From the human T2T-CHM13v2.0 reference genome, Homo sapiens, in assembly GCF_009914755.1 (NCBI RefSeq), contig NC_060945.1: a stretch of DNA of 64,000 bases; one strand, 5' to 3'. The translations under genes were made by a program, and so were the position numbers. Positions within the stretch are counted from its first letter, which is position 1; every line of letters starts with the position of its first letter. The notes below the pieces were generated by a model. That model was not told where the DNA came from. It saw nothing but the letters and a program-made list of their open reading frames with translations, and searched no databases. Positions 43,470-59,420 of this stretch are shown one piece after another.

Positions 43470-43824
43470 TGTATTAGTCTGTTTTAATGCTGCTGATAAA
43501 GACATACCCAAGACTGGGCAATTGACAAAAGAAAAAAGGTTTAATTGGACTTACAGTTTCATGTAGCTGGGGAAGCCTCACAATCATGGTGGAAAGCAAA
43601 GAGGAGCAAGTCATAACTTACATGGATGGCAGCAGGCAAAGAGAGCTTGTGCAGGAAAACTCCCCCTTATAATAACCATCAGACCTCATGAGACTTACTC
43701 ACTATCAGGAAAACAGCACAGGAAAAGCCTACCTCCATGATTCAGTTACCTCCCACCAGGTTCCTCCCAAAAGGTATGGGAATTCAAGATGAGATTTGGG
43801 TGGGGACACAGCCAAACCACATCA
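43470..43824 (-). mobile_element. THE1A 5' LTR
   Basis: tgtattagtctgttttaatgctgctgataaagacataccc...gggaattcaagatgagatttgggtggggacacagccaaaccacatca. Confidence 0.9.
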
Positions 43825-45011
43825 ATGAAGCTCTCTGTCGTATATGTTAATGCTGATAATGTTTTTTTGTTTTGTTTTTGAGGAGATCTTAGAGACGAAA
43901 AAGGGGAAGCTCCATTAAAATTGGTAAAGGAAGAAACATAATATGAAAGGAGGGAAATAATGAGGTAAAAGATGCAGAGACTGCTTTCCAGACAAAGTAA
44001 GAATGAACTTCACTTTGGAATAACAAAGCAGTGCTTGCTTGGCAAGGTGAGTCTTAGAATCTGACTAACATCAACAGGGCAGAGTCTCAGGTAATTAACA
44101 AAACCAGGAAGGAACAGGGAGCAGCAATGCTAAAACACAAGAAACCAGGTTACTTTGTCCTACTTCATAGTTGTTATTTTCCTAATCATTGGAGATAAGC
44201 TATGATTAACAGAAAAACTACCCATGTAAAATATTGTCACCCAACTTTTAAGAAAAACAAGAAAGAAGATACAAAACTTAGCAAACAGAATAAGTAATTT
44301 CAGAGAATCAGAATTAAGACAAGAAACAAATGTAATTACAGTAAGTGTAATTCATATCTTCAGAGACATGCAAGAAGAGGTTGCATTTTAGAAAATACTG
44401 ATAATAGCTCTTGGATTAAAAACTCAACAGATGTTCTGAAGAGAACAATAGACATAGTTAAATATAGATCTAGCAAGTTTGAAGTTTAAAAGTTGAATAA
44501 TTTTCTCTGAATCCAATGGCTAGGATAAAATGAAGAAAGGTAAAGGGAGGTAAAGTGAAGATAAAGAATTGTTGACGTAAAGTTGTTTAAAATGCTAGAA
44601 AAAAAAGGAAAGTAAACATAAAGATGGAAATAATTAAAGAACTAATTTAAATATTTTTTAGAACTAGAAATACTGTAGACTTGAGATTTAAAGTTTTCAT
44701 AGAAGTATGAACTTATATTAATGGAGAAATTCTACTGATAGACATCTCTTGAAGAAGCAATGGGATACTAACGATTAGGACAGAATCATAAAGACTTCCA
44801 GAGTAGGAGGATAGAAAGGTAATTTTCAATGGAATAAGAAGTAGATAGAAAAGAAAATTTATTCTTAAACATGTAGATGTTGTTAATAACTGGGACAAGA
44901 CCATCAATGTCTGAAGAAATTCCAAAAATAAAATAATAAAATTAACAAACAGATTTTTAGAATTACATCTGGCAGTCATAGAGCGCAATAGCATACTTGA
45001 AAATAAGGAAA

Positions 45012-45507
<496 letters not shown>

Positions 45508-45947
45508 CTAAAATAAAATTGCTTAAAACTAGTGATAAAGAAAAATTCTCAAAGCAGCCAATGACAAAAACACGGTTTGCACAGAGGAACAAAAAATGCC
45601 AGCAAACATTTTATTGGAAACAAAGAAAATTAGAAGATAATGAAGCAACATCTTTAAAGTACTGGAAGATAAACATTGTCAGCTGGAAATTGTAGACTCA
45701 GAGAAACTATCTTTCAAGATGTAGGTGAAATAAAGATTTTGTTCTGGCACTTAGAACCTGAAATAAATCATCACCAGTAAAACAGCACTATAAAAAATGT
45801 TAAAGAAAATGTTTCAGGCAGACGTAAAATAATATCAAAAGGAAATTTGGATCTACATAGAAGAATGAAAAGCACTGGAAATGGTATCAACATGGTTAAA
45901 TATATAAGATCCTTTTATTTCTGTTTGAATTCAATTGATTGTTTAAA

Positions 45948-46130
45948 CAAGGGGTCAGCAAGCTATAGCTTCATGGGTGGACTGCCTGTTTATGTGAACA
46001 AATTTTTACTGAGATACATTCATGCTCATTTGTTTATGTATTATCAATGGGTGCTATAGAATTACAAAAGCAGAATTAAGTAGTTGTAACAGAGCCTAAT
46101 GGCACACAAGCCTAAAATATTTAGCTTTTA
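45948..46130 (+). mobile_element. MER58A (hAT) fragment
   Basis: caaggggtcagcaa...catgctcatttgtttatgtatt...agtagttgtaacagag...aagcctaaaatattta. Confidence 0.75.
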
Positions 46131-46140
46131 AGGAAAGCAT

Positions 46141-46440
<300 letters not shown>

Positions 46441-46798
46441 AGAGAGAAGAAAACAACATTATTAACCTCTAATTTAAACAAGAATAATAACAATTTATAA
46501 TGAGTTTACAACATATATAAAAATAAATCACATGACAATAACAGAACAACAGTTAGGATAAAATAATGAAAATGTTGTTATTCATGATACTGTATGTAAA
46601 GTAGTATATTATAATTTGAAGGTAGAATGTGATGAGTTAAACATGTATACTACAAACTCAAAAGCAACCATTAAAATTAACAATATAGAGAGTTTTAATT
46701 CTCAAGTAAAAAAGGAGATAAGATGAAACCGTAAAATATATTTAATTCATAGAAAAGAAGGCAAACAAGAGGGAAAATAAGCAAAAAACAGATGGGAT

Positions 46799-47412
46799 GG
46801 TAGGGGAAGCAAAATTTTATTACCATCTTCTTAGTTTTTTTTTTCCTCTGCTAAGCCTGAGAATTAAATTGATATAAGACAGATCAACAGGAAAATGCAT
46901 ACAAATTTATTTAATACATGTATTATGTGGCATGAGAGATTCTTTAAGGAAGGAAGACTCCATGACATAATCACTTATGTTCTGAAGTAGACACAGAGTA
47001 GTAAATTGTGAAATATGACAACACAAAGGAGCTGGAACTAGTGTAGTTAATTGGGTGAAGAGGTGATTAACAGGATAAGGGTTGGTTTAACAAGGTATGT
47101 TTGTACAGGTTTCCCTTGCCTCAACTTCTCATCCTGGGTGATGAGACTGTTACTTTCCTTCTTGTATAAAGAGGGCAACTTTCATGTAGAAATTTTACCT
47201 CCTACTTTTAAGAAAAAGGAAAATCAGAGTGCTTTAAAGGAAAATCAGAGTGCCTTAAAGGAAAATCAGAGTGCTTTAAAGGAAAGTCAGAGTGCTTTAA
47301 AGGAAAATCAGAGTGCTTTTCTTGCACCTGCTATTTTTCAAGTGTCTTTAACTCAAAAAAATCAATATGCCAAAGTGGCACGTTTCGGGGTATCTGGTTC
47401 TGAATTCCTTCA
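46799..47412 (-). mobile_element. MER34-family ERV1 solo LTR
   Basis: tcaatatgccaaagtggca...ttctgaattccttca is the reverse complement of the MER34 5' end. Confidence 0.75.
47215..47319. repeat. 21-bp minisatellite, 5 copies (AAAGGAAAATCAGAGTGCTTT)
   Basis: five contiguous units with two single-base variants. Confidence 0.97.
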
Positions 47413-47459
47413 GGAAAGATAGAAAGCAAAAGCAAAATAATAGGTTTAAAACTAAAAAT

Positions 47460-47824
<365 letters not shown>

Positions 47825-49299
47825 TTAAAAGCAGATTGGATGAATAAAACAAGATCTAAGTTATTACTGTCTAGAAGAAATTCAAGAATATCCTAATAAA
47901 AGATATCTATGTAAAAACAATAGCTGGCATCATACTTAATGAAGAAAAATCAGTTTATTTCCCCCTATTTCAGGAACAAGATGAGTCCATTAACTCTTAG
48001 CACTTTGTTTTAACATTCCACTAGACGTTCTACCAAGTAAAATAGACAAAAAACATAAACAAAAGAATTACAGATGGGAAAGGAAAATGTAGATTGGTTT
48101 TATTTATAGACGGCATGTCTCTGTAGAAAGTCCACTGAAATCTACAAAAACACTGCTGGCTATAATAAGTGAGTTAGCAACATAAAAAAGAAAAAAAGCA
48201 ACATATTAAACTAATATTTCCATATACCAGCAATGAACAATAAAAAATTAAAATAAAAGTACTATTAATAATATCATGAAAAATGTAGAAGAATTAGGAA
48301 TTAATCTATCAAATGATGTGAGTCTGGTACACTAAAACTCAAAACACTGCAGAAAGTTAAAGAAGACTTAAATAAATGGAAAGATGTAATATGAATATGG
48401 GTTAGAAAATTCACATGGTAAAATGTGATTATCCCTAAATATAGATTCAATACAATACCAATTAAAATATTATTAGGCATTGTTTATAGGAATTTACACA
48501 CTAATTTTAAAACTTCAGTAGAAATGCAAAGAGTCTAAAATAGCCAAAATAATTCTTAAAAATAAGAATATTTTTGAAGGATTAGCACAATCTAATGCCA
48601 AAGCTTATAAGGCTACAGTAATGAAAATAGTGTGATATTGGCATAAAGATAGACAGAAATGTCATTGGAAGATAATAGAAAATTCAGAAATATATGTACA
48701 GAATTTTGGTAAATTGGTGTTCTCCAAAGATACAAAGGTAATTCAGTAAATAAAAGATAGCCCTTCAACAAATTCTGCTGGAACAATTAGATGCTCATAT
48801 GCAAAAAGTAGAACTTTAACACGTAACTCATGATACAAAAATTAATTTAGTACAGATCATATGCCTAAATGTAAAATGTAAAAACAAAGTGAAAAAAAGG
48901 AAGAAAAATTACGTATAGGAGAAAATATAGAAAAGTCTTTGACCTCAATACTACTTAGACATGACACAAACACCATGTTTCATCAAAGTAGAAATTGACA
49001 ACTCGAGTTCATCAAAATGTAAAACATATGTTCCTCAGGAAACACTGTAAAACAAATAGAAATATAAGACACTACTGAGAACAATATTTGCAAAATATAT
49101 GTCTGGCAAAAAAGTTGTGTCCAGAAAATATAAGAACTCTCAAAACTTGATAATAAATGTAGCAACTCTAATAAAAGTAGGCAAATGGCTTAAATGAATA
49201 CTTCTTCCCTAAAGAACATATGTAGATAGAAAGTAAACACATGGAAAGATCCTCAATATCATTAGTCATTAGGGAATTGATCTGTGTCTGTCAAAAATG

Positions 49300-49615
49300 G
49301 GTTGGGTACAGTTGCTCAAGCCTGTAATCCCAGCACTTTGGAAGGTCAAGGCAGCAGGGTTTCTTGACCCCAGGAGTTAGAGAGCAGCCTGGGCAACGTA
49401 GTGAGATCCTGTCTCTACAAAAAAGAAAAAGACATGGCATGGTGTCTCTATTTAGCTAGGCATGGTGGCACATGCCTGTAGTACCGGCTACTCGGAAGCT
49501 GAGGTGGGAGAATCACTTGAGCCCAGGAGGTGGAGCCTGCAGTGAACTATGGTTGTGCCAATGCACTCCAGCCTGCGTGACAGAGCAAGAACCCATCTCA
49601 AAAAAGAAAAAAAGA
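49300..49615 (+). mobile_element. AluJ
   Basis: gcctgggcaacgtagtgagatcctgtctctacaaaa; cacttgagcccaggagg. Confidence 0.9.
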
Positions 49616-49943
49616 GGCCAGGCACAGTGGCTCACACCTGTAATCACAGCACTCTGGGAGGTCAAGGTGGGTGGATCACCTGAGGTCAAGAGATCGAGAC
49701 CAGCCTGACCAACATGGGGAAACCCCATCTCTACTAAAAATACAAAAATTAGCTGGGCATGGTGATGTGCGCCTATATCCCAGCTACTTGGGAGGCTGAG
49801 GCAGGAGAACTGTTTGAACCCAGGAGGTGTAGATTGCAGTGAGCCGAGATTGTGCCATTGCACATTGCACTCCAGCCTGGGCAACAAGAGTGAAACTTCA
49901 TCTCAAAAAAAAAAAAAAAAAAAGAAAGAAAGAAAGAAAAAAG
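49616..49943 (+). mobile_element. AluSp-like, inserted in the tail of the AluJ
   Basis: ctgaccaacatggggaaacc, gccattgcac, gggcaacaagagtgaaac. Confidence 0.93.
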
Positions 49944-50401
49944 AATGGCTAAAGTTAAAAAGGCTGGCCATGCCAAGTGTTGGCAAAACTATAGAGGACA
50001 ACCAACATACATGCACTGCTAATGGTAATGGAAATTAGTACAATGACTCTGGAAAAAGCCTTGTCAGTTTTTAAAATATTTTGACGTATGCACCTATCAT
50101 ATGACTGCCAATCAATTTGTAGGGAAATGAAAGTATATGTACATAAAAAACTTGTACCAAAACATTCACAGCACTTTTTTATGGGAGAGAGGGGCTAATA
50201 GTGAAGAGCATGTAACAATCAAATATTCATTAACAGATGAATGAATAAGCAAGCTTTGATATATCCATATTTTGAAATACTACAAGCAATAAAAGAAATG
50301 AAACTTTCATCCATACTATAAAATAGATTAATCTCAATAAATATGCTAATTAATAGAAGCCAGATCAAAAGAGAACAGTATGATATCATTTATATAAAAA
50401 G

Positions 50402-50770
50402 AGGCATTAGAGCCTAGTAGTTAAGAGTGCAGCTTCTGGAAGCAAAATCCTTAGTATGATTTTGGCTCATTGTCTGCAGCATTTATTTTATGTGCGCTCT
50501 TGAGGTTTTTACAGAAACAATATGCCTCAGTTTACTCATCTATATAATGACTATATCGATAGTCATCTACTTTATAAAATATAGTATTTTATAATGTAAT
50601 ACTTTATAATATATATTTGATATATATTTTAAAATGTCTTTATTATATTTTATAAAGTATAAATAATATAAAATAATGTCTATAGTTGTTGACTTATAAA
50701 AATAAAGATTAAATAAACAAAAATATGTGAAGCACTAGTTTACTACCTAGAAAATGGTACATTTTAAATA
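50402..50770 (+). mobile_element. MIR interrupted by AT-rich sequence
   Basis: gtagttaagagtgcagcttctgga...tgcctcagtttactcatctatataatg. Confidence 0.55.
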
Positions 50771-51509
50771 TTTTCATGATTGTAATAAATAAATGTATCC
50801 TTATAATGTTATTTTATTAATAATAAACAAAAATTTATTTTTAGAATAATGAATATTATAATTATTTTTATTTTTAGAATAAATAATAATGAATAATATT
50901 ATTATAATAATATTATTATTCATTCTTATATACCTTTGAAAAATCATAGGGTAAGATGATTGAAATTCTGTGTATAGCATCTCAGCAGATGAGATATATA
51001 AGAAAGAACCATTGCACCCCCATTTACTTAAATCAGTTATAGTTTAAGTTGTTTGAAAAAAGTCATTTATTGGAATCACCACATGACATCAATCAAGAGC
51101 AAAGTGTGTAGAATACTGTCAAGTTTTTCTCCAAGAATTTATTTCTGTTTTCAATTTGCAACTCACTGAAGCATTGAACATTTTATGAGCTCTACAACTA
51201 ACAATGCCTGGGAATTTAAATATTTTCCATGGAATATGATTACTTCAAATGAAAAAAAAGGAGCAGATATGATAATGAATAATTTACCATGCGTATATGG
51301 TACAAAGTAGAATCTTTAAAAATAAAGACACAAACAGCAACAACCACAAAAACCTCAATTGTTTCTGCTTTTGTTCTATTTTTAGTGAACTTAAAATTTT
51401 AAGAGAAACTCTTTCTCCTTGTTTTTAACACATGTAGAGAGAGGTGTGGAATATTGTAAAGCTTTTTATCTGATTCGGCCTGAGTCTCAATAGATGAAGA
51501 TTCATCGAG

Positions 51510-52311
<802 letters not shown>

Positions 52312-52431
52312 ATGAAGCATGGAGAGAGAGAGAGAGAGAGAGAGGATAAAAGGTGAAAATCATGTGCCAAAACTAAAGAAAAGAGATGCTGACATTTGTG
52401 ATTAAATAGAATAATTGCACTATTTAAGATT

Positions 52432-52535
52432 AATCACTTGAGCCTGGGAGGTGGAGGCTGTAGTGAGTCATCATGGTGCCACTGCATTCCAGCCTGCATG
52501 ACAGAGAGAGACTCTGTCTTAGGAAAAAAAAAAAA
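52432..52535 (+). mobile_element. AluJ/FRAM 3' fragment
   Basis: aatcacttgagcctgggaggtggaggctgtagtgag...A tail. Confidence 0.85.
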
Positions 52536-52687
52536 TTAAGGTGGTCCAGAATGCACCCAAGGATAAAATGCAAAGATGATCTTGCCCCATGTATGTTTTA
52601 GCATACTACTTAGGTACTATTTATTTTTTAATTATCTCCTTTTTACATTTTGACAATTTTATCCCAGTGGTCAAGCCTTGTATTAGA

Positions 52688-52806
52688 AAAGACAGAAAGA
52701 AGGAAAAGAAAGAAGGCAGGAAGGAAGGCAAGGGGAAGGAAAGGAAGTGGAAGGGAAGGGGAAGAGAAGGGGAAGAGAAGGGGAGGGGAAGGGGAGGGGA
52801 GGGGAA
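52688..52806. repeat. polypurine (GAAA/GGAA/GGGGA)n tract
   Basis: about 120 nt, almost entirely purine. Confidence 0.9.
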
Positions 52807-53015
52807 ACGTTGCTTTGGACAGAATAAATGGGTAAGGGTTTCTATTTTAATTAGATTAAGATTAATTAGATTAAACCTCTGAGGAAGTCTTACTTGAGCT
52901 GAGAAACTAAATATGAGAGGGAGGAGTACCACTGCATTGGTTATAGATGGGGTAGAAGTCTACAAAAGAGTTCATTGAGGAATAGAGTAGTAAATAAGTG
53001 ACTTAATGAGTTTGT

Positions 53016-53457
<442 letters not shown>

Positions 53458-56400
53458 CTAATAATTATTTAAGAAAAGTATTTTTCTGCTTTCAGTTTTA
53501 TTTATTAAATAGTTTCTGCTAGCCTAATGTTAAAGTCTGCCAACTAGTTCCTTCAAGTTAATCACATTCACTTTTGATTCCCTCTTAACACATTAAGATA
53601 TTTTATAACTCTGTGAGTTTAAAATCTGATGCAAATTCATTGTGGTCAGGCAAGATGCAAGACCAGTCGGGCAAATACACTTCCCTTATTTTTTATGGGT
53701 CTGAAATATCTTTTGTCTTGGGAGATGTATTATTATACAAAAGATCTATTTGGCAATTTATAGTTTGCTTTTTATCTATTCAATTGTTTCCTGGTATTCT
53801 TAGAACAGAAAAGCGAACCTTTTAAGAATAATAACATGCAAATTACCTTTAATTACTCTCTAGCTCTTTCAGTTAAACAAAAAAAAACCTCTCATTTTAG
53901 GTTCAGTTTGTAACTGAATAGAACATTTTATATCTAAACCCTTAATGGAAAGGCTTTCCTATTTCCCACAATTTTCTTTTCTATTTAATGTATTCTCTAA
54001 ATTTAACACATTATTTAAAATGCCATCCATATACCTGATCAACTTGAAAAGATGGAGAAACACACAAGTAAAGCTTATTATCTGTTCACATTTTATTCTA
54101 TGTTTCCATTTTCATAATCAAATAAATGTAGACTGCAAAATACTTATTTACAAATCTGTCTGATTTATATAATAAACTCTGAGGAAACTGGAATGAAGTA
54201 GTGCTACAAGCAAGGGACAGAATAAAGTTTTGTGTATTAATTACCTGATTTATACTTTAGTCCCTTTAAGTAAAAGAATGTAACAAATAGAAGGATAGTT
54301 ATTAATATATTTGGAGGAGAAAGAAGGATAAAATGAAAGATACAATGTTCTTAAAAACCGAGAGTTTTATCTTTTTTCAGAAGTTTAAAAAATATTTAAA
54401 CATTTCCCTTTATGTTAGCACATATTTATGTTATACATTTCATTTACAAGTAATTGTATGGTAAATAGTTACAAAAACAACAAGGAAAAGCTTTGAGTTA
54501 AGGAGCTCATGATTTTCAGTGTAAAATACATGTTATTTGAGTAATTTGGGAAACTGACAGAAGCTTTCTTGCAGTCAAGAATGCTGCTCAAAAATTAATT
54601 TTAAAATAAAAATAAAAGAAAAAAAATCCTGAAAGCTTATGTAGCAAAACAAGTATTGTAGTCCATTACAAAAATTAGCCTTTTCTGAAATCATGTTAAA
54701 AAGCAAAAAGATCTTAGAGCAGAATTTCATGTACAGTTCATTTTGGGATTGATCTTACTTCCTTGATAGGTGGTCTTACTTCATCCTGTTGGAGCCCATC
54801 ATGGAGAGCTGTTTTACAAATATTCTTAGCTCTACTACTCACATAAAAATTCAACCTATGACTCCTGTTTCTGATAAAGTAGCTATTTAAATTCATTAAG
54901 AATGTTTCATCATTTTAGTATGCAAAATGCATTGTTAGATTATGTAAGTGACACATACTATCTTAAAAGTTAATAAATCTCCCAGAAGAAATTAGACTCA
55001 GATGCTATATTTATTATGGAGAATTAAGAAATACCTAAGGTTACTGTGATCATCACTTAGGAGTTTTGAATCAATTATATGAGAAACTAAAGAAGAAGCT
55101 TTGACTGGAAAAAAAATGAACCAAAAAGAAAAAAATTATATAAAGTCATTTTATTGGACACACATGCTAAAAATTAGAAAAACCATACATTTTACTCTAT
55201 CGATCTGTTAGGAAAAACTATAGAATATGATAGTGATTGCATTGATTCTACTTAGCAAATTAAATGCAAAACTAAGATATTCACCAAATATAAAATATAG
55301 TTATTTTCTAAGAAATAAAACTCACACATTCTGGTGGCAACTGCCATTTTTAGCAGAAACCAAAACTATTTCCTGTTAACATGAAGGAAAAACCATCATT
55401 GAACACTCAAGTAATAATCAGGGGACTAGGATGGACTTTCAATAAGAAACCACTGGAATATACCTGGACTAAATCTATTCTGACAAAATTAAGTATACCA
55501 ACCGAATAGTTTTGTGTGTGCATTTGTTTTTACTATATACTTTTATAATCTCAAAAGTACCTAAAAGGAGGCAAAACAAGAAAGGATTTGTCTACAGAAA
55601 GTAAAAATAAGAATGATTATAAAATATTGTTAAAGAAAAGACACTGCACAGAATAGTCATGGAGATTTCTGTACTAATCACCTTGATCATAATGAATAAT
55701 CACTGAATTTCACTGGCCTATTTTCCTCCACAAGATTCTATGTTAGGTAAGCAACTTTGGGTAATTCAATAATAGGAAAGATGTTTCTTTTATAACATAT
55801 CTGATTTGTACAACTATTTGAAATACATTTTATGCTATAAAATAAAAATGGTAACTCTTATTTACACAGCTATTTATTGTGAATTTGTATAAAGACAGCT
55901 CATCCTTAGAACTTAATAGACTAGGATTCTTGGTAAAGTATATATTGTATATCTGAAAAATGTAACAGTGACAATATTAAAGTATTGCCACTTAGTGCTG
56001 TGTTACCTAAAGAAATTGTCACATTCTGTCAGTCTTATCACTGACATTTAAATTTCAGATATAGGTGAATTCAATATTGAAGTGAATAGAGCTACCGATA
56101 TTTGCTTTCCTAATATTCATGGAAGTTGTTGTTGACCTCTCATAGATAAATAAGCAAATAATATCTTCAAAAATATATCTAACTTGACTTCTAAGTATTT
56201 TGTCATTTGAAGGGATATGAGCAAGTTGAGAAGAAGAAATGTGGAGAGAGAAATATTCATGAAAACTAAATTTATAACATTAAACAATTGCTCAATTCTT
56301 AGAAATTTAATCACTACTTATATTTTAAAGCAAAATATTTTTGAACTTATTTAGAAAAATATGACTTCATCTCTCATATGTCCATTCAAAGTTTTAAACA

Positions 56401-56559
56401 AAGTATAAAAGGAAATTAAACAGTGGAGGAAATGAGAAAGGTCATAGGCATTCAAGAGGTTTCAACAAATTTCTGGAGGAATGAAAGGTAATTGAAGGAT
56501 GTGTTAAAATAATTTCTATTATTATCTTTATAGATTTAGTGTCCAGTAAACATTTTATA

Positions 56560-59420
56560 AACAATCCAACTTGCTGTTTTGTGTTCTTGAACTTTATTTA
56601 AACTGAATTATATTGTACATATCCTTTTGTGACTTAATCATACCACTGCATATTACGTTTGTGAGAGTAAGCCACATTAACATATCTAAATAAAGTTATC
56701 TATGTTTTTCTAAAGTGTAGTATTCCACTGTATGAATCTACCACATTCTACTGTTGTTTAACTTTTGCATTGCTTATAGTACTTAACTGAGCCTGTAAAT
56801 ATTTTGGATCACATTTCTTAATGGCCAACCACGTACATACAAAATAAGGAGTGAAAGCCAATTGCTGATTAGAATATATGGTCATCTTCAATATTACTGG
56901 GTAATACAAGCCTCTTTTTAAAACGGATATAATTTCCATTTCCAGGAAAGCATATGAAATTATTATTGCTCTATATGTTTGCCAGAAGTCTTTCTTGTCA
57001 GACTGTTTTTGGTCAATCTGTTGTATAAGTAATAATGTACATATAAAACATTTTCATTTGCATTTTTGTGTTAAAAATAAGTTAAAGTGATTCTAAATAT
57101 GTATGGTGGACACTTATATTTTACATTTTATAAAGCACATGTGCAAGCCATTTTCTTTGTTTTACTGTCGGGTTTTCTGTAATTTTTACCTGGGTTTACA
57201 TTTAAATATTGATCACCAAGGAATTGATTGTTACATATTATATAAGGTAAAGAATCACTTTAATTATTTTCCATATGTATAGCCAGTTTTCTCACTCTCA
57301 TTTATTGGCAAATTTATTTTTCACCACTGATCTATAATACCAGCTTTCTTACATATCATGGGTTCTTATATTTTCCTTACTGTAGTCTACCTATTCCATT
57401 TCATTGATTATTTATTACTTTGTTAATACCACATTGCATTAAGTCTTATAATATTTCCTGTAATATATTCTTCCTTCCTCAATAAATTATTAACTGAATT
57501 TTAATATTTTTAGAGTTTACATAAATTCTAGAATTAGCTTGTCAATATCTAAATCAAACCTTACTGGGTTTTACTTTGGATGCACTAGTTACAAAGATTA
57601 ATTTTGGGGAGAAGTGATTTCATTAAAGTCTTTCAATTCAAGAATATATTTATGTCAATGTTATGTCTATGTTTATTTGAACTTTATTTAAACTGAGTTA
57701 TACTGTACATATTCTTTTGTGACTTAATCATACCACTAAATATTATGTTTGTGAGAGTAAGCCACATTGACACATCTAAATAAAGTTCTCTACTTATATG
57801 AAATGCATTTCAATATTGCATAATACGTTTGTGTCAAAGCATCTTGCTAAAAGCTCATATTCATTAGTATAATGTATCTTACAATCATTTTGAATTGTCT
57901 GTGTACTTAGTGTCATCGGTAACATAGTAATCTGTTTTCTCTTTCATAATTCTTATTTTTTTAATATTTACAATCCTATCCCAGTGTCTAAGACCTGCAA
58001 AAGGATAAATAAAATTGCTTGTACCATCTATGTTTATTTTGTTCCCAATCACAAAGGAAATATTTTAACATTCCATTGTTAAGTGTTATAATTTCAATAG
58101 AACTTTTGAAAACAAATGTTATTAGTTAAACTAGATTCTCTTTTAATTTTGGGTTGTTAAAATGTATGACTTTTTAAGAAAATAAAATTAAATATGCTTA
58201 TAATATTGTTAAGTTATTTGTTGTGGTGTATCATATTAATTGATATCTTTACATGAGGCCATTATTGCTTCCCAGGGTTTCTTAGAATAAACATTGGCTG
58301 TGATGTCTTACATTTTAATGCATTGCTTATTTCTGCGTGGAACTTTTTTAAGTTTTCCTTCATTATTTTCATAAATTACATTGGTGTTTAATTTACTTTC
58401 CCTTTACTATCCTTGTCAGGTTATAATATCAGAGTCATAATAGCATAATAAAATGAAATAGAGTATGTTCTTTCCTGTTTCATGCTCAGAAAGAATTGTA
58501 TGTAAGACTGGAATTATTGTTTTGTTTCATGTTTGAAACAACTTGCCAGTAAAGTCATCATGGCTTGAAATTATCTTTATGATATGATTTCTGACTACAG
58601 ATTACATGCATTTGTTGTAGCACAATTCAGATTTTTCTTTTCACTTTAGGTTACTTTTGGAAAAATGCTTGTTTCAAGTAATTGCACACATTTTACATAT
58701 ATTTCCAAATTTATTGAAGGTTTTCATACTACACTAATTTACCTTCTTGATATTTGTATTATTTATAACAAAACTCAATAAACGGTGGCAAATAAGCCAG
58801 ACAGTATTTATAAATAAAGTATTACTGGAACACTGTCATGCTCATTCATTGACATACTGTCAATTTATGCCACAACAATAGAATTGATTAGTTGCAACAA
58901 ACCATATAGCCCAAAAACCTAAAATATTTACCACCTGATCCTTTCCAAAAAACAAAAAAAATTCTTGACATCTGATGTATAATTATTTCCTATTTTGATT
59001 CCTGAGATTGCATACTTGTTTCTTCTCTTAATTTTATCAAGCCATTTCTCCAGAGTTTTGTTATTGTATGGCTCCTACAACAACTAACAAACTTTTGGCC
59101 ATATTTCTTGACTTTTCTTTCCCTGTATTCTTAATCACTATGCATGTATTTTTTATTTCCTTTTATTTCTGTTGATATTTCTAACTTCTTCCAATAAATT
59201 CAAAACATTTTAAATATTAATTTGTTGTCCTCATAAAATAAGAATTTAAGGTTCTACATTTTCCTCTAAAATGACACATTTTATAATGTAGTATACATTT
59301 TTTAATTAAAAATATTTTATAATTTCCATTATGATTTGCTCTTGGGTGTTGAGTTACTAAGAAGTATATTTCTGAGGTTTTTCTTCAATATGACTGACTA
59401 TAGATATTCGAATCTAGTTA
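56560..59420 (-). mobile_element. old L1ME-type remnant
   Basis: gtgtagtattccactgtatgaatctaccaca; tagaattagcttgtcaatatct; ttgccagtaaagtcatc. Confidence 0.6.
58770..58974 (+). mobile_element. MER58A
   Basis: taaataaagtattactggaacactgtcatgctcattcatt...aaacctaaaatatttaccacctgatccttt. Confidence 0.78.

Noticed and set aside
43560-43582. PRDM9 hotspot motif CCTCCCTNNCCAC in the THE1A LTR
   Set aside because: The corresponding site reads CTTCCCCAGCTAC on the minus strand and does not match.
47215-47319. CRISPR-like reading of the 21-bp repeat or of the GSATII units
   Set aside because: The units are contiguous with no unique spacers, there are no cas genes, and the context is primate DNA.
52846-52874. 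Duplicated TTAATTAGATTAA resembling double-homeobox sites
   Set aside because: One mismatch to the DUX consensus, and simply explained as a short slippage duplication in AT-rich DNA.
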